From Lytechinus pictus (taxonomy: Eukaryota): a stretch of DNA of 64,000 bases. A program made the position numbers and the translations under genes. Below the pieces are notes generated by a model, which worked only from the letters and a program-made list of their open reading frames with translations, did not search any database and had not been told where the DNA came from. Location of the stretch: NCBI RefSeq assembly GCF_037042905.1, contig NC_087245.1:10108001-10172000 (forward strand), in the 5' to 3' direction. Shown here one piece after another: positions 38,009 through 51,881 of this stretch. Position 1 is the stretch's first letter. Each line of letters opens with the position of its first letter.

Positions 38009-39929
38009 ATTGTTACCACTCCTAGCTGATTGCTTGTGTATAGACAAGTCATGGAGTGATTATATCTCCAAGCAAACAATGACGCAAGAACACCCGGTCT
38101 GAGTCGCAATTAACCCCTGTCACTTGCCAGTAAACTGACAAATGACAGGGGCTAAAAAGTTTCCCAAACCGGGCGCCTCCCACGTTCCCTGCGTCATCGA
38201 TTGCTTAGGGATAAATCGCACCATGACTGCTCTACACACAGGCAATCAGACAGGAGTGGTAACAATACCACAAAATGACAGGGGCTTTTAATAATAGTAA
38301 TGTAATAATAAGGAATTAATTGTTTCATTGTTACCACTCCTACCTGATTGCTTGTGTATAGACAAGGCATGGTGTGATTATATCTCCAAGCAAACGATGA
38401 CGCAAGAACGCCCGGTCTGAGTCACAATTAGCCCCTGTCACTTGCCAGTAAACTGAAAAATGACAGGGACTGAAAAGTTTCCCAAACCGGGCGCCTCCCA
38501 CATTCCCTGCGTCATCGATTGCTTAGGGATAAATCACACCATGACTGCTCTACACACAGGCAATCAGATAGGAGTGGTGACAATGTCACAAAAATACCAA
38601 TAATAAACCATGATAATATTGCAACAAAACTAATAAACAGTAATAAGACCATAATATAAAAATAACATCAATAAATGCCTCTATAACGTAACACAGCACT
38701 GATACAGTGTATAAGATACATATCATGTCAGTGACAAAACTGACTTACAGACTTATACCTACATACCCAGACTTACATACCCAGACTTACTTACATACCC
38801 AGACTAAGTGGTAAAAATACCACAAAATCATCCAATCATTGCAAAAATAATGCAAATATCTGAATAACATTGCAAAAAATAATATGGCCATAATAACAAA
38901 TAATTGTAATAACAATAAAGTAATAAGGAATGAATTGTTTTATTGTTACCACTCCTACCTGATTGCTTGTGTATAGACAAGTCATGGCAGGATTTTATCT
39001 CCAAGCAAACGATGACGCAAGAACGCCCGGTCTGAGTCGCAATTAGCCCCTGTCACTTGCCAGTAAATTGAAAAATGACAGGGACTGAAAAGTTTCCCAA
39101 ACCGGGCGCCTCCCACATTCCCTGCGTCATTGATTGCTTAGGGATAAATCGCACCATGACTGCTCTACACACAGGCAATCAGATAGGAGTGGTACCAATA
39201 CCACAAAATCATCCACTTATTGCAAAAATAATGCAAATAATATCTGAATAACATCACAAAAAATGATAAGGCCATAATAACAAATAATTGTAATAACAAA
39301 GTAATAAAGAATGAATTGTTTCATTGTTACCACTCCTACCTGATTGCTTGTGTATAGACAAGTCATGGCGTGATTATATCTCCAAGCAAACGATGACGCA
39401 AGAACGCCCGGTCTGAGTCGCAATTAGCCCCTGTCACTTTCCAGTAAACTGAAAAATGACACGGGCTAAAAGTTTCCCAAACCGAGCGCCTCCCACATTC
39501 CCTGCGTCATCGATTGCTTAGGGATAAATCACACAATGACTGCTCTACACACAGGCAATCAGATAGGAGTGGTGACAATGTCACAAAATCATCCACTTAT
39601 TGCAAAAAATGATAAGGCCATAATAACAAATAATTGTAATAACAATAAAGTAATAAGGAATGAATTGTTTCATTGTTACCACTCCTACCTGATTGCTTGT
39701 GTATAGACAAGTCATGGCGTGATTATATCTCCAAGCAAACGATGACGCAAGAACGCCCGGTCTGAGTTGCAATTAGCCCCTGTCACTTTCCAGTAAACTG
39801 AAAAATGACAGGGGCTGAAAAGTTCCCCAAACCGGGCGCCTCCCATGTTCCCTGCGTCATCAATAGCTTAGGGACAAATCGCACCATGACTGCTCTACAC
39901 ACAGGCAATCAGATAGGAGTGGTGACAAT
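38009..39929. repeat. Array of five ~257-bp hairpin (MITE-like) units with AT-rich spacers
   Basis: Units at 38009-38266, 38327-38584, 38942-39199, 39323-39579, 39672-39929; each reads ATTGTTACCACTCCT ... AGGAGTGGT(A/G)ACAAT. Confidence 0.9.
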
Positions 39930-40215
39930 GTCACAAAAAATGCCAATAATAAACCATAATAATATTGCAACAAAACTAATAAACAGTAATAAGATCATAA
40001 TATAACAATAATATCAATAAATGATCATAATGTAACAAAGCACTGATACAGTGTATAAAATATATATCAGGTCAGTAATAAAAATTACTTACAGACTTAT
40101 ACCTACACACCCAGACTTATACCTACATACCCAGACTTATACCTACATACCCAGACTTACTTACATACAGAGACCTAGTTACATACCCAGACTTAACTAC
40201 AATGAAATATAAATA

Positions 40216-43200
40216 TAGTAGAGCGGATTAGCCGAACAATTGTGCAAATTATGACTAAAGCATGAAACTTTCACAAGTATTAGTATATGCCGTAAGATTT
40301 ATTTTAAAGATGGGAGGTAAATTTATAAATGCCATTTTCGGCCGTTGCCATGGCAACGGATTAATTTCTCCAAAATAACATGCATTCCCATGTAAATAGT
40401 AAATAAACATGGTATAGATGACCAAAATAATAATTTCAGGCTCCCAATTGAATACATATGATATTTAGAAATATTCAAGATCATCAAGATAGTTCCAATT
40501 GGTCTGTTGCCATGGCAACGGCTTGTTTTTCCCCAGCAAAGTAAAAAAATTGATAAAAAAACGTTGTAGAATATGATTTATCTTTAATTTCCCCTAACTT
40601 TACAGTGCTTATCGGAGATATTTTGGTTGCTAAATGTGTAAACTACATCTCAAGCCATTGCCATGGCAACCAAATAACATCTAATTTACAAAAATAACAT
40701 GGTTGACAAGACAATGGACAGGTAGAAAATACAAGTGGAATTAACTTAATATGTATGCTTAAGTTTTGACCCCTCTCATTTGAACAAAAAATACAGAAAG
40801 TGTTCTGCAGGAGTTCTTTATAAAGATAAAAAATCATGTTGCCTTGGTAAAGCTTGAATTAAATTTAAAAAGAAACAATTTTGCAAAGGACCCGTTGCCA
40901 TGGCAACAGCTTATTTCCCTCTTGAAAGGTAAAAATATTGATAAAAATGTAGAATACATGTACGATATGATCATCATTCCATTTTCCCAAATTTAAAGGT
41001 ACTAATCGAGATATGTTTGTGACTAAATTTATAAATATAACATCTTAAGCCATTGCCATGGCAACCAAATAACATCTAATTTACAAAAATAACATGGTTG
41101 ACAAGACAATTGACAGGTGGAAAATACAATTGGAATTGACTTAATCTGTGTGCTTAAGATTTGACCCCCTCATTTGAACAAAAAATACAGAAAGTGTTCT
41201 GCAGGAGTTCTTTATAACAGATAAAAATTAATGTTGCCTTGGTAAAGCTTGAATTAAATTTAAAAAGAAACAATTTTGCAAAGGGCCCGTTGCCATGGCA
41301 ACAACCTATTTCCCTCTTGAAAGGTAAAAATATTTATAAAAATGTAGAATACATGTACGGTATGATCATCATTCCATTTTCCCTAATTTTAAGGTACTAA
41401 TCGAGATATGTTTGTGACTAAATTTATAAATATAACATCTTAAGCCATTGTCATGGCAACCAGATAATATCTAATTTGAAAAAAACCAACAACATAGATG
41501 ATAAGCTTATGAACAGGTGAACAATATAATAAAAATTAACGTGTACATACGCGTAACGTTTGACCTACTCAAATAATTTAGGGGAAAATAATACAGTCAG
41601 TGTTCTTCATGAACTAATTAGAATGATAAACATTGATGTTGCCTTGGTAATACTTGAATTCAACAATAAATATCAATGTTCCAAATGGCCTGTTGCTATA
41701 GCAACGGATCATTTAGTACCAGTTTTGATTAAAAAAGGGACTGTATAATTTGATTTTTCTTGCATTTCCCCTAATCTTAGTGTGCTAAACATCGGTATGT
41801 TTGATGCAAAATGTATAAATAACATCTGAAGCTATTGCCATGGCAACCAGATAATATCTAATACAAAAAAAAATAATTGGGATGACAAGATTATGGACAG
41901 GTGTAAAATACAATTACAAATAACTCAATATGCAAAAGGTTTGGCCAGTCATTTAATTTTTGAACAAAAATTTCAGTAAGAGTTCTGTATGAGTTCATTA
42001 GAATAATAAAATGATGTTGCCTTGGTAATACTTGAATTTAATGATAAATATTAGTGTTTCAAATGTCTGATTTTTATTTCATTTGCCCCAATTTTAGGGA
42101 GCTAAGCATATATATGCTTGCTGTTAATAAATAAATAACATCTTCAGCCATTGCCATGACAACCACTTAAGATATAATTTTTAAAACAAACTAACACAGT
42201 TGAAATGATAATGGACAGGTGGAATGTAAAGTAAAGATTTACTTAATCTACATAAGGTTTGACCAGTCATTAAGTTTTGAACAAAAAATACAGTGTTCCG
42301 CATGAGTTCATTAGCATGATAAAAACTGACAGTTGCCTTGGTAATGCTTGAATTTAATATTAATGTTTGCAAATGTGTGTTCTGTTCCCATGACAACGGG
42401 TCATTTTATTCCCCCTAAAATACCATCTTTGATTAAAAAATGCCTTGTAGAATCTTATTTTTCATTCAATTCTACTAAGTTTAGGGTGCCAAACATACAC
42501 GTACATCTCTGTTGTTAAAAGTATAAATAACATCTTAAGGCATTACCATGGCAATAAAATAACATTTAATTTTCCAAAAAATAACATGGCTGACAAGATA
42601 ATGGACAGGTGGAAAATACAATAAAATTAACTTAATATGTGTAAGGTTTGACCTACTCTTTTAATTTTAAAATTTTAAAAGTGTTATGCATGATTTCATT
42701 ACGATATGTTGATTTGGTAATGCTTGAACATAATGATAAATATCAATGTTGCCAATGGTCCCTTAAAAGTACAATTTTTTATGAAAATAATATGTTTATT
42801 TTTATTTCCTTTTCCCTTATTTGAGGGTGCTGAACATAAATATGCTAAATGATAAGCACCAATTTATTTCATTATACACGGCATCGAAATAAGACCTACA
42901 AAAATCATATCAGACTTTTTTTGGCTCAAATAAATTCCCGAAACTCTAATTTCGACGCTGGTCAATTTCGTTCAAAGTATTCGCAGGCTGCCATTTTGAA
43001 GAAAGCGTCTTGGTGTGATTTGTGCTTTAAGGCCGTTCATCATATCAATATATTAGGGGATTATAGGCGTTGATAAATCAAAATCTTAAGTCTATTTGAG
43101 GAGTTGACATGGTCTTGAGCTCCTAATCAAAGTAAATACAGTAAATCAACTTTTACATGGAAATCATTAAAATTTTGCTTTGTCTGACTGTTTTAGCATA

Positions 43201-46200
43201 ATACTTGGCTTGAAATTTGACGGCAAAGAATTATCAAGTATCATCTGCTAGGGTATGCATTTTAATTTCTGCATAGAAAATTGTTACTTTTTGTAAATTC
43301 CCATCATTTCTTGAAAATTGCCGAAAATTCCTAAAATTCCCACAAAATTCCCGTTTATACCCATGAAAAGATTCCATCAAGAAAATTCCTGGGAATTCTG
43401 CAATCCTACTCCACCCCAAAAAATCATTACCAAGAAAAAAATAAAGAGAAAGTGAAAGAGAGATGGATAAAATATGATTATTTTCCGAATACTATACCCA
43501 AAATTTTATTTTTGTAAAAAAAAATGAAAAATTTCGAAGGTTTTACTCTTTCGCTGGGCTAGCTGACAACTTTTAAAAATACATTTCACTCGATACATCA
43601 TATCTGGACCCCTCCAAATTACGCTACTGATTTTGACGAAGAAGATTTTGAAATGCTGTGATAATTTTTAGATTAACATGATTACGAATGGAATCAACAT
43701 GAAGTATAATCTATTCACTGCTAATTTTACATGACAAGTAGACTTATTAAAATATTCAAAAAATTTAAATACCCTTTATACTGGTTGAAAGGTTGAAAAG
43801 AAAAATTAAGTACTCCAGGGTAACAGGAAAATCCAAGATGGTGCCCTCACTGGCTGCCGTATGCTAAAATCCACAACTCATCCATTACTTCATAAAATGG
43901 CTTTAATTTGTTTTTTATTCATTGGTTATTAAGGATCAAATAATACATAGGGCCAAGTTACAGGGACAGCCAGTGGTCTGGAATGTCCAAAAACATAAGA
44001 TGGCTTCAAAAAATTGAATCTAAAATGGTTGATGATACCTTAAGTGGACGTAATATCTCATTTCATATTGGCCTTGGGGAAGTGATTTTGACTCTAAATC
44101 ATTGGTTTCAAGAGTCTAATAATATTAGGACAAGTTACAACGACAGACAGGTATGTCCGAAAATAATTATAAAATGGCTGCTGATACTTAAAAGTGGAAT
44201 AGTTCATTTTATATTCACCTGTGAGATATGATTTTGGTGTCTAAACTATGATTTCAAAGGGCAATAATTATAAAATGGCTGCTGATACTTAAAAGTGGAA
44301 TAGCTCATTTTATATTCACCTGTGAGATATGATTTTTGTGTCTAAACTATGATTTCAAAGGCCAATAATACATTAAGAAAAACTTACACGGACAGTCGGT
44401 GGTCTAGTATGTCCAAAATTCCAAGATGGCTTCCAAAAATGGGGTCTAAAATTGACTGTTGTTACTTAAAAATTGGCATAGTTCATTCTATATCCGCCTG
44501 TGAGATGTGATTCTGGTGTCTAAACCATATTTTTAAGAGTCAAATAATAAATTAGGACATAGTTTGTTCAATAACTGTTTGGGGAATATGATTTTGATGT
44601 CTAAACCATAATCATAAAACCATGGTTTAATGCATTAGAACAAGTTACGAGGACAGTCAGTGGACTGGTATGTTAAAAAATCCAAGATGGCCTTCAAAAT
44701 GGGGTCTAAATTGATTGTTGGTACTTCAATATGGACATAATATAGTTCATTAATAATATACATTGGGGATATGATTTTGGTGTCTAAACTAGTATTAAAA
44801 GGGTCAAGTAATACTGTACATTTGGTCAAGTTGAAACGACAGTCAGGTGTCATTATTGTGTCAAAAAATTCATAGATGGCTTAAAAAATGGGGGTTTTAA
44901 TGTTACTTAAAATTGGACATAGTACATCAAAAATACACCTGGGGATGTTATTTTGGTGTCCACACTAGGGTTTCAAGGATCAAAATATACTTTGGGACTG
45001 GTTACAATTGTCCATTTGCCTGAAAATCCGAGATGGCTTCCTTAAATGGATTCTAAAATGACGACTGTTACTTTGAAGTGGATGTAATATCCACTTTTTG
45101 GTGCCTTCATTCAAAATGCAAGCAGGTATGAGTTGGCAACAGCACCCATTTTGATGTAATTTTAGAATCTACCTTGGATTTTGGACAAAATTGATAACTA
45201 ATCATCCTTGTTACTTGTCCTAATGTAATAGTTGACCCTTCATACCACAGTGTAGACACCAAAAATATTTCTCACAGGTTGTTGTATGAACTCAGATAAT
45301 TTCTGAGTGATAGCAGTCATTTTAGACGCCATTTTGAAAACCCTCTTGGATTTTTTAAGAAAAAATGGACAACTGGATATCATTGTAACCAGTCTAAACA
45401 TATCTTTTAAACCTTGAAACCAAAGTGTGAACACCAAAATATTTTTACTTGGTGGATTTTAAATGAACTATGTCAATTTTAAAGTAACAGACTCCGATTA
45501 GACTCCAATTGTTGGAAGCCATCTTGGATGTTTAGACATACTGGATTACTGACTGTCCTTGTAACTTGTTCCAATGTACATGATGTATTTACTGACTTTT
45601 CAAACCATGGTTTAGATATCAAAATAATATGCCTTTGGCATATATTACACGAAATATGTCCATTTGTTAGTAACAGGAGCTTTTCCATTTTTGGAAGCCA
45701 CCTTGGATTTTTGGACATACTTGACCACTGACTGTCCTTGTAACTTGTCCTAATGTATTATTTGACCCATTCAACCATGACATAAACATATTCCGGGATA
45801 TCAAACAAACTACGTTTTTCAATGCAGCAACAGCAATTTTAGACTCCATTCTTGGAAGTCATCTTGGATTTTTTATATACTGGACAACTGACTGTCCGTT
45901 CAACTTGTCATAGTGTATTATTTGACCATTGAAACCATGGTCTAGACACCAAAATCATATATCTCAGACGGATATGAAATGAGCTATGTCCATTTATATA
46001 TCAACAGCCATTTAAAACTCCATTTTTGGAAGCCGTCTTAGGGTTTTGGACACGTCAGACCACTGGCTGTCCTTGTAACTAGTCCCAATGTACTACTTCA
46101 CCCTGAAAACCATTGAATAGAAACCAAATTAAGCCACTAAATTAGATGTTATTTGGTTGTCATGGCATTGATGGCAATGGCCTAAATTATTTGTACATCA

Positions 46201-47787
46201 ACAGCAAACATATCTATGCTTTGCACCCTATAATTAGGGGAAATTTATGACAAAATGCAGATTCTAAACTGTTTTTCGATCAAATTTGGTGCTTTTCTTG
46301 GGGAAAAAAGAGTTGTTGCCATGGCAACGGCCCATATGCAACATTGATATTTATCATTAAATTCAAGCATTACCAAGGCAATCTCAAATTTCATCATTCT
46401 AATGAACTAATGCGAAACACTGTAATCTTTGTTCAAAATTAAATGACTGGGTCAAACCTTGAGTTAATTGTTATAAATTGCATTTTCCACCTGTCCATTA
46501 TCATGTCAACCATGTTATATATTTTTTTCAAATCAGATGTTATTTGGTTGCCATGGCAATGGATTTAGATATTATTTGCATGTTAACAGCAAACATATCT
46601 ATTCTAATCCTAAAATTAAGGAAAATGAAAGAAAAATCAGATTATACAGTCCTTTTTAAAATCAAAACTGGTACTTGGGTAAATGATCCGTTGCTATGGC
46701 AACAGGCCATTTGGAATTTGATATTTATCGTTGAATTCAAGTATTACCAAGGCAACATCAATGTTTATCATTTTAATTAGTTCATGCAGAACACTGACTG
46801 TATTATTTTCCCCTAAATTAGTTGAGTAGGTCAAACCTTACGCATGTACATTAAGTTAATATTCATTGTATTTTTCACCTGTTGTTAACCTTATCATCCA
46901 CTTTTTTTTTAATTAGATGTTATTTGGTTGCCATGGCAATGGCTTAAGATGTTATATTTATAAATTTAGTCACAAACATATCTCGATTAGTACATTTAAA
47001 TTTGGGAAAATGGAATGATGATCATACCGTACATGTATTCTACATTTTTATCAATATTTTTACCTTTCTAGAGAGAAATAAGCTGTTGCCATGGCAACAG
47101 GCCCTTTGTAAAATTGTTCCTTTTTAAATTTAATTCAAGCATAACCAAGGGAACATAATTTTTTATCTTTATAAAGAACTCCTGCAGAACACTTTTTGTA
47201 TATTTTGTTCAAATGAGGGGGTCAAAACTTAAGCATACAGATTAAAGTCAATTCCAATTGTATTTTCCACCTGTCCATTGTCTTGTCAACCATGTTATTT
47301 TTGTAAACTAGATTATATTTGGTTGCCATGGCAATGGCTTGAGATGTAATTTACACATTTAGCAACCAAAATATCTTTGTTAAGCACTGTAAAATTAGGG
47401 GAAATTAAAGATAAATCATATTCTACAAGGTTTTCAAACAAATATTTTTATATTTCTGGGGAAAAACAAGCCGTTGCCATGGCAACGGACCAATTGGAAC
47501 TATCTTGATGATCTTGAATATTTCTAAATTTCATATGTATTCAATCGGGAGCCTGAAAATGATCATTTTGGTCATCTATATCATGTTTATTTACCATTTA
47601 CATGGGAATGTATGTTGTTTTGGAGAAATTAATCCGTTGCCATGGCAACGGCCGAAAATGGCATTTAAAAATTTACCTCCCATCTTTAAAATAAATCTTA
47701 CGGCATATACTAATACATGTGAAAGTTTCATGCTTTAGTCAAAATTTGCACAATTGTTGTGATTTTTGGAGCTAATCCGCTCTACTA
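40216..47787. mobile_element. Large non-coding foldback DNA transposon, Academ-like termini
   Basis: ATA|TAGTAGAGCGGATTAGC ... GCTAATCCGCTCTACTA|ATA. Long inverted arms (40216-~42850 and ~46138-47787) are built of ~395-bp tandem units. No transposase ORF. The superfamily call rests only on the TAG termini and 3-bp TSD. Confidence 0.8.
43800..46137. repeat. Inner palindromic array of ~170-190-bp units
   Basis: Plus-oriented units (GGACAGTCAGTGG..AAAATCCAAGATGGC) run to ~45100; reverse-oriented units run ~45160-46137. Confidence 0.8.
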
Positions 47788-47884
47788 ATAAATAATAACA
47801 AACAATACAATAATATATACCCATGTGAGCAACTGTTTCTGGAGTAAAAATACATAAGAGATAAAAGATTAATTCATCACATAA

Positions 47885-48138
47885 TTACCACTCCTACCTG
47901 ATTGCTTGTGTATAGACAAGTCATGGTGTGATTATATCTCCAAGCAAACGATGACGCAAGAACGCCCGGTCTGAGTCGCAATTAGCCCCTGTCACTCGCC
48001 AGTAAACTGACAAATGACAGGGGCTGAAAAGTTTCCCAAACCGGGCGCCTCCCACGATCCCTGCGTCATCAATTGCTTAGGGATAAATCGCACCATGACT
48101 GCTCTACACACAGGCAATCAGATAGGAGTGGTAACAAT
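47885..48138. repeat. Sixth copy of the ~257-bp hairpin unit
   Basis: Same sequence and orientation as the 38009-39929 units, on the other side of the foldback insertion. Confidence 0.9.
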
Positions 48139-48474
48139 GTCATGAGATCATCTTTTACTCATCAGAAAAAAATGTAATAACAGTGGCAATATTAATAATA
48201 ATGAAAATAGTTACAATAATGAAAAAATAATAATACCAAATAAAAACCCAACAATAATAATAAAACCAAATAAAAACCCCAACAATAATAATAAAACAAA
48301 ATAAAACCCCAGCAATAATAATGAAACAAAATAAAAACCCAAACAATAATAATAAAACACAATAAAGTAATAACAGTGGATAAACAATAATAATAAAACC
48401 AATAAAACCAAAAAGCTGCAGTGCTGCAGTCCCTGGCTGCAGTGTAAGGAAGGAAATAATCCTCCTGTGCAGAT

Positions 48475-48775
48475 AATCATTCACCTAACCTGGGTGAAGT
48501 GCAGCACAGTGTGCTTGCTGAAAGAAAACATGCCATGGCTAGGATTCTAACCCACGACCCTCTGGTTGAAAGACGAGAGTCAAAAACACCACACCACAGC
48601 GCACCCATCATGGGAAAATCAAAAATCCTCCTTTCCAGATACTCATTCACCTAACCTGGGTGAAGCGCAGCACAGTGTGCTTGCTAAAAGGAAACATTCC
48701 TTGGGTAGGATTCTAACCCACGAACCTCTGGTTAAAAGATGAGAGTCGGAAACCTTACACCACAACGCACCCTTT
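48475..48775 (-). mobile_element. Two tandem 5' fragments of a tRNA-derived SINE
   Basis: Minus strand GGGTGCGCTGTGGTGTGGTG..GACTCTCGTCTTTCAACCAGAGGGTCGTGGGTTAGAATCC (A/B box-like) occurs twice, followed by a shared core. Confidence 0.7.
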
Positions 48776-48939
48776 GTGGGAAATTTGAAATATTGATAAT
48801 AATCATAATAGTACCATGAAAATAAAATTCCCAACAATAATAAAAAATACCATAATAAAGTAATAAAGTAATAACCACTACATCAGGCAATCTGACATGC
48901 TAACAATACCCTCCAAAAAAATAATAATCCACTTTTTGC

Positions 48940-49290
48940 AAAAATAATGCAAATAATATCCAACTAATAATGCCACACATAAAATGTAAAAATAACAATG
49001 CCACTATTGCAAAAATAATGCAAATAACATCTGAGTAATAATGCAAAATATAATGTGAAAATAACAATGCCACTATAACAAAAAAATGCCACTATTGCAA
49101 AAATAATGCAAATAATATCTGAGTAATAATGCAAAATATAATATGTGAAAATAACAATGCCACCATAACAAAAAATGCCACTATTGCAAAAATAATAAAA
49201 ATAATATCTGAGTACGGTAATAATGCCAAAATATAAAATGTGAAAATAACAATGCCACTATAACAAAATAATAATGCCACAATAAACAAT
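48940..49290. repeat. AT-rich minisatellite
   Basis: Repeated AATGCCACTATTGCAAAAATAATGCAAATAATATCTGAG units. Confidence 0.8.
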
Positions 49291-50765
49291 ATCTGGAATA
49301 ACAAAATCATCCTCTATTTTCAATAATAATGTAATAATAGCAATGTTCAGCAAAATTTAATTCAGTATTTAAATAACAAACCAAAAAGAAAAAAGCCACA
49401 AAAAATTTGAAAATAAATTTTGATGGACAACAGACACACAATAAATAAATAAGAGACAATAATTATAATAGATTCAATAATAATAACATATTGGAAATAA
49501 TAATCAAACAAATGAAATAATATGGGACTAATGATAAGTCACATAATAATGTCAAAAATGACAGCAACAATAGAAATAATTACAATAACAATAATAGCAA
49601 TAAAAAAATAACAGGAAAACCCATATGAAAAAGTTTCATCCAACTAGGTTAAAGGTAATGCACAGTGTCGATCTCCACCACGTTGGTGGGAAAAATAATT
49701 TAAGAATATACATGTACCTGTTTGGTAATACATAGAGACCTGATACAGTACTATATGATCATCAGAAACTGATTTAAGTATTGAAATACACATGCATGCA
49801 CTTTACATGTATATAAAATGTGCTAATATCATCATATTTTTCTCAATATTTGCTATTTGCTGTATTATGATAACATAATAAGCCTGCAAATATTAACATA
49901 TCCACTGTGTGAAAGATGGACTAAACATGCGATACTATCTTGGGGGAAAAAGACTATTACTATAACAAATGGATTTTCAGTATAATTCTCATAGCATTAG
50001 TGCATGTTGACAAGATTGCAGGCTACCATAAATTTTAGCCTGAAAATACACGTATCAGGTCTTTGCTGTCTGAGGTGGATTATATCCATCATTTATAAAA
50101 ATGACACTATATGGATTTGGGGCATAACCCTCATATAAATGCTTATCTTATCTTAAATATGCATAATTGCATATTGTTGACAAGCTTGTAGGCTATTAAA
50201 CATAATAAGCCTAGAACTATCAAGGTCCACATTGCGTGAGGGATGGACTATACATTATATCCATCATGTAAATAGACATCACTCCATATGGATTCTGGGT
50301 ATAACCATGGAGATGTCATTCTTCATAACAATAACATATATATTATCTTATCTTATGCATAATAACAATTGCATATTGTTGACAAGATTGTAGGCTACCA
50401 CAATAAGCCTAAATATATTAACATTTCCATTATGTGAGAGATGGACTGAACATTCATTATATCCATCATATGAAAGGGCTTTTAACATCAAGGATGGATT
50501 CACAGATAACCATCAAGCCCACATTTAAAATCCTTTATGATCATAGAGGATTACTATGTACTCTGATCACTGTGTGATCCAAATGACACTGTGCATTACC
50601 TCATCTCGATTAGGAATGGTCAGTCAGAAATATATATGAGGGTTGCTTTTGAGATTTAGGTATATATACAAACTCTGCCATTATGTCTCATAAAATGCCT
50701 GCTCTGCACCCTGGGGTGGTAATGGTCAATATTCACAAACGTAGCATTTTTGGCTTAGCTGTGCA

Positions 50766-51177
50766 CCGGGGGGGGGGGGGGGGGGGGGGGGGGCACTCAG
50801 TATATAATGTATAGTGGGTATGTGCCGCGGAGGGGACCCCAATTTTTCAATTTTTAAACTCAAATTTCTGTTCCAAGGCATAGCATTTTTGTCTTATTGA
50901 GAAACGAACAAAGAAAGCTGCTCCAAAGCATAGCATTTTCTTCTTATTGAGAAAAAAGATAAAAATCCGCTCCAAAGTCTCGCATATCAGCCGTATTGAT
51001 CTGCTACAATAAGCCGTAATTTTGTTGAAAAACTGCCGCAGAGCGCTGTTCGACCATCGCCTCTGTGCTAGCACGGGCGTTGGGATAGCTTCATGCATGC
51101 CCTCTCCTAGGTCCCATTTTTTGTCTCACCCGCGGCACATACCTACTGCTTTTTTGGTCGAGTGCCCCCCCTGGGGC
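50766..51177. mobile_element. MITE with CCGGG-run termini
   Basis: GGGGCACTC..GGTATGTGCCGCGG / CCGCGGCACATACC..GAGTGCCCCCC. Confidence 0.65.
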
Positions 51178-51193
51178 TGTGCATTGCCTGAAT

Positions 51194-51657
51194 GGGGGGG
51201 GGGGGGTGGGCACTTCTATTGACGAGTGGATTCCATGCATGACCAAAAAAACATGTAAAAGGAATCTCTATTTCAAGACAGAGATATGAGGGCATAAAAA
51301 GACTAAAATATCTAATTGCCCCATCACTACATGTTTAGGGTCCGATTTGAGCGAGGTGGGTGGGGTGGTACTAAACCCACTGAAAGTAATTAGGTAAAGC
51401 TGAATCCGTGATTAGGAATGTGACATAACAATTAAGATATCATCGTACTCGATTCGGGGGTCAATTCAGGGAATACTTGTCAAGGGTACCATTTGTTTCT
51501 AATACTTGTTAAGGGTAGGGTTCACATGCCAATTCTTGTTAAGGCTGGGGTGCATTTTCAGAACATGGAAAATAATTGTTTAGGGTGATTTCTGAAACCC
51601 TATGGTCACGCATGCTGTCCACTTGTCAATGGAAGTGCTCCCCCCCCCTCCCCGGGG
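51194..51657. mobile_element. MITE with G-run termini
   Basis: GCACTTCTATTGACGAGTGGA..CATGCATGACC / GGTCACGCATG..TCCACTTGTCAATGGAAGTGC. Confidence 0.65.
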
Positions 51658-51881
51658 CTTAGACTAAGACAATCTTCATGTCTTACCAATGAGCTAATTT
51701 TCGCCTAAATATTTCCATGGTAGAACCTGTTTTTTAAGAATACTTAACAGAGAAAGTAAGAAGAATATGAATTTGATAAAAAAAATTAAAGTGAATCTAA
51801 GAAAATAAAAATAGGTAATTTTTTTTTTAAATGTATGAAAATAAAAAAAGTATAAAAAACATTAAAAATTATATAAAACAT

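Noticed and set aside
38009..39929. CRISPR-like repeat-spacer appearance
   Set aside because: Repeats are ~257 bp, spacers are related to each other, there are no cas genes, and the context is eukaryotic.
40216..47787. Polinton/Maverick interpretation (AGTAG-like ends, long TIRs)
   Set aside because: No 6-bp TSD and no polB/integrase/capsid ORFs; TAG ends with an ATA duplication fit better.
48475..48775. tRNA genes
   Set aside because: Degenerate tRNA-like heads followed by a shared SINE body; no complete cloverleaf.
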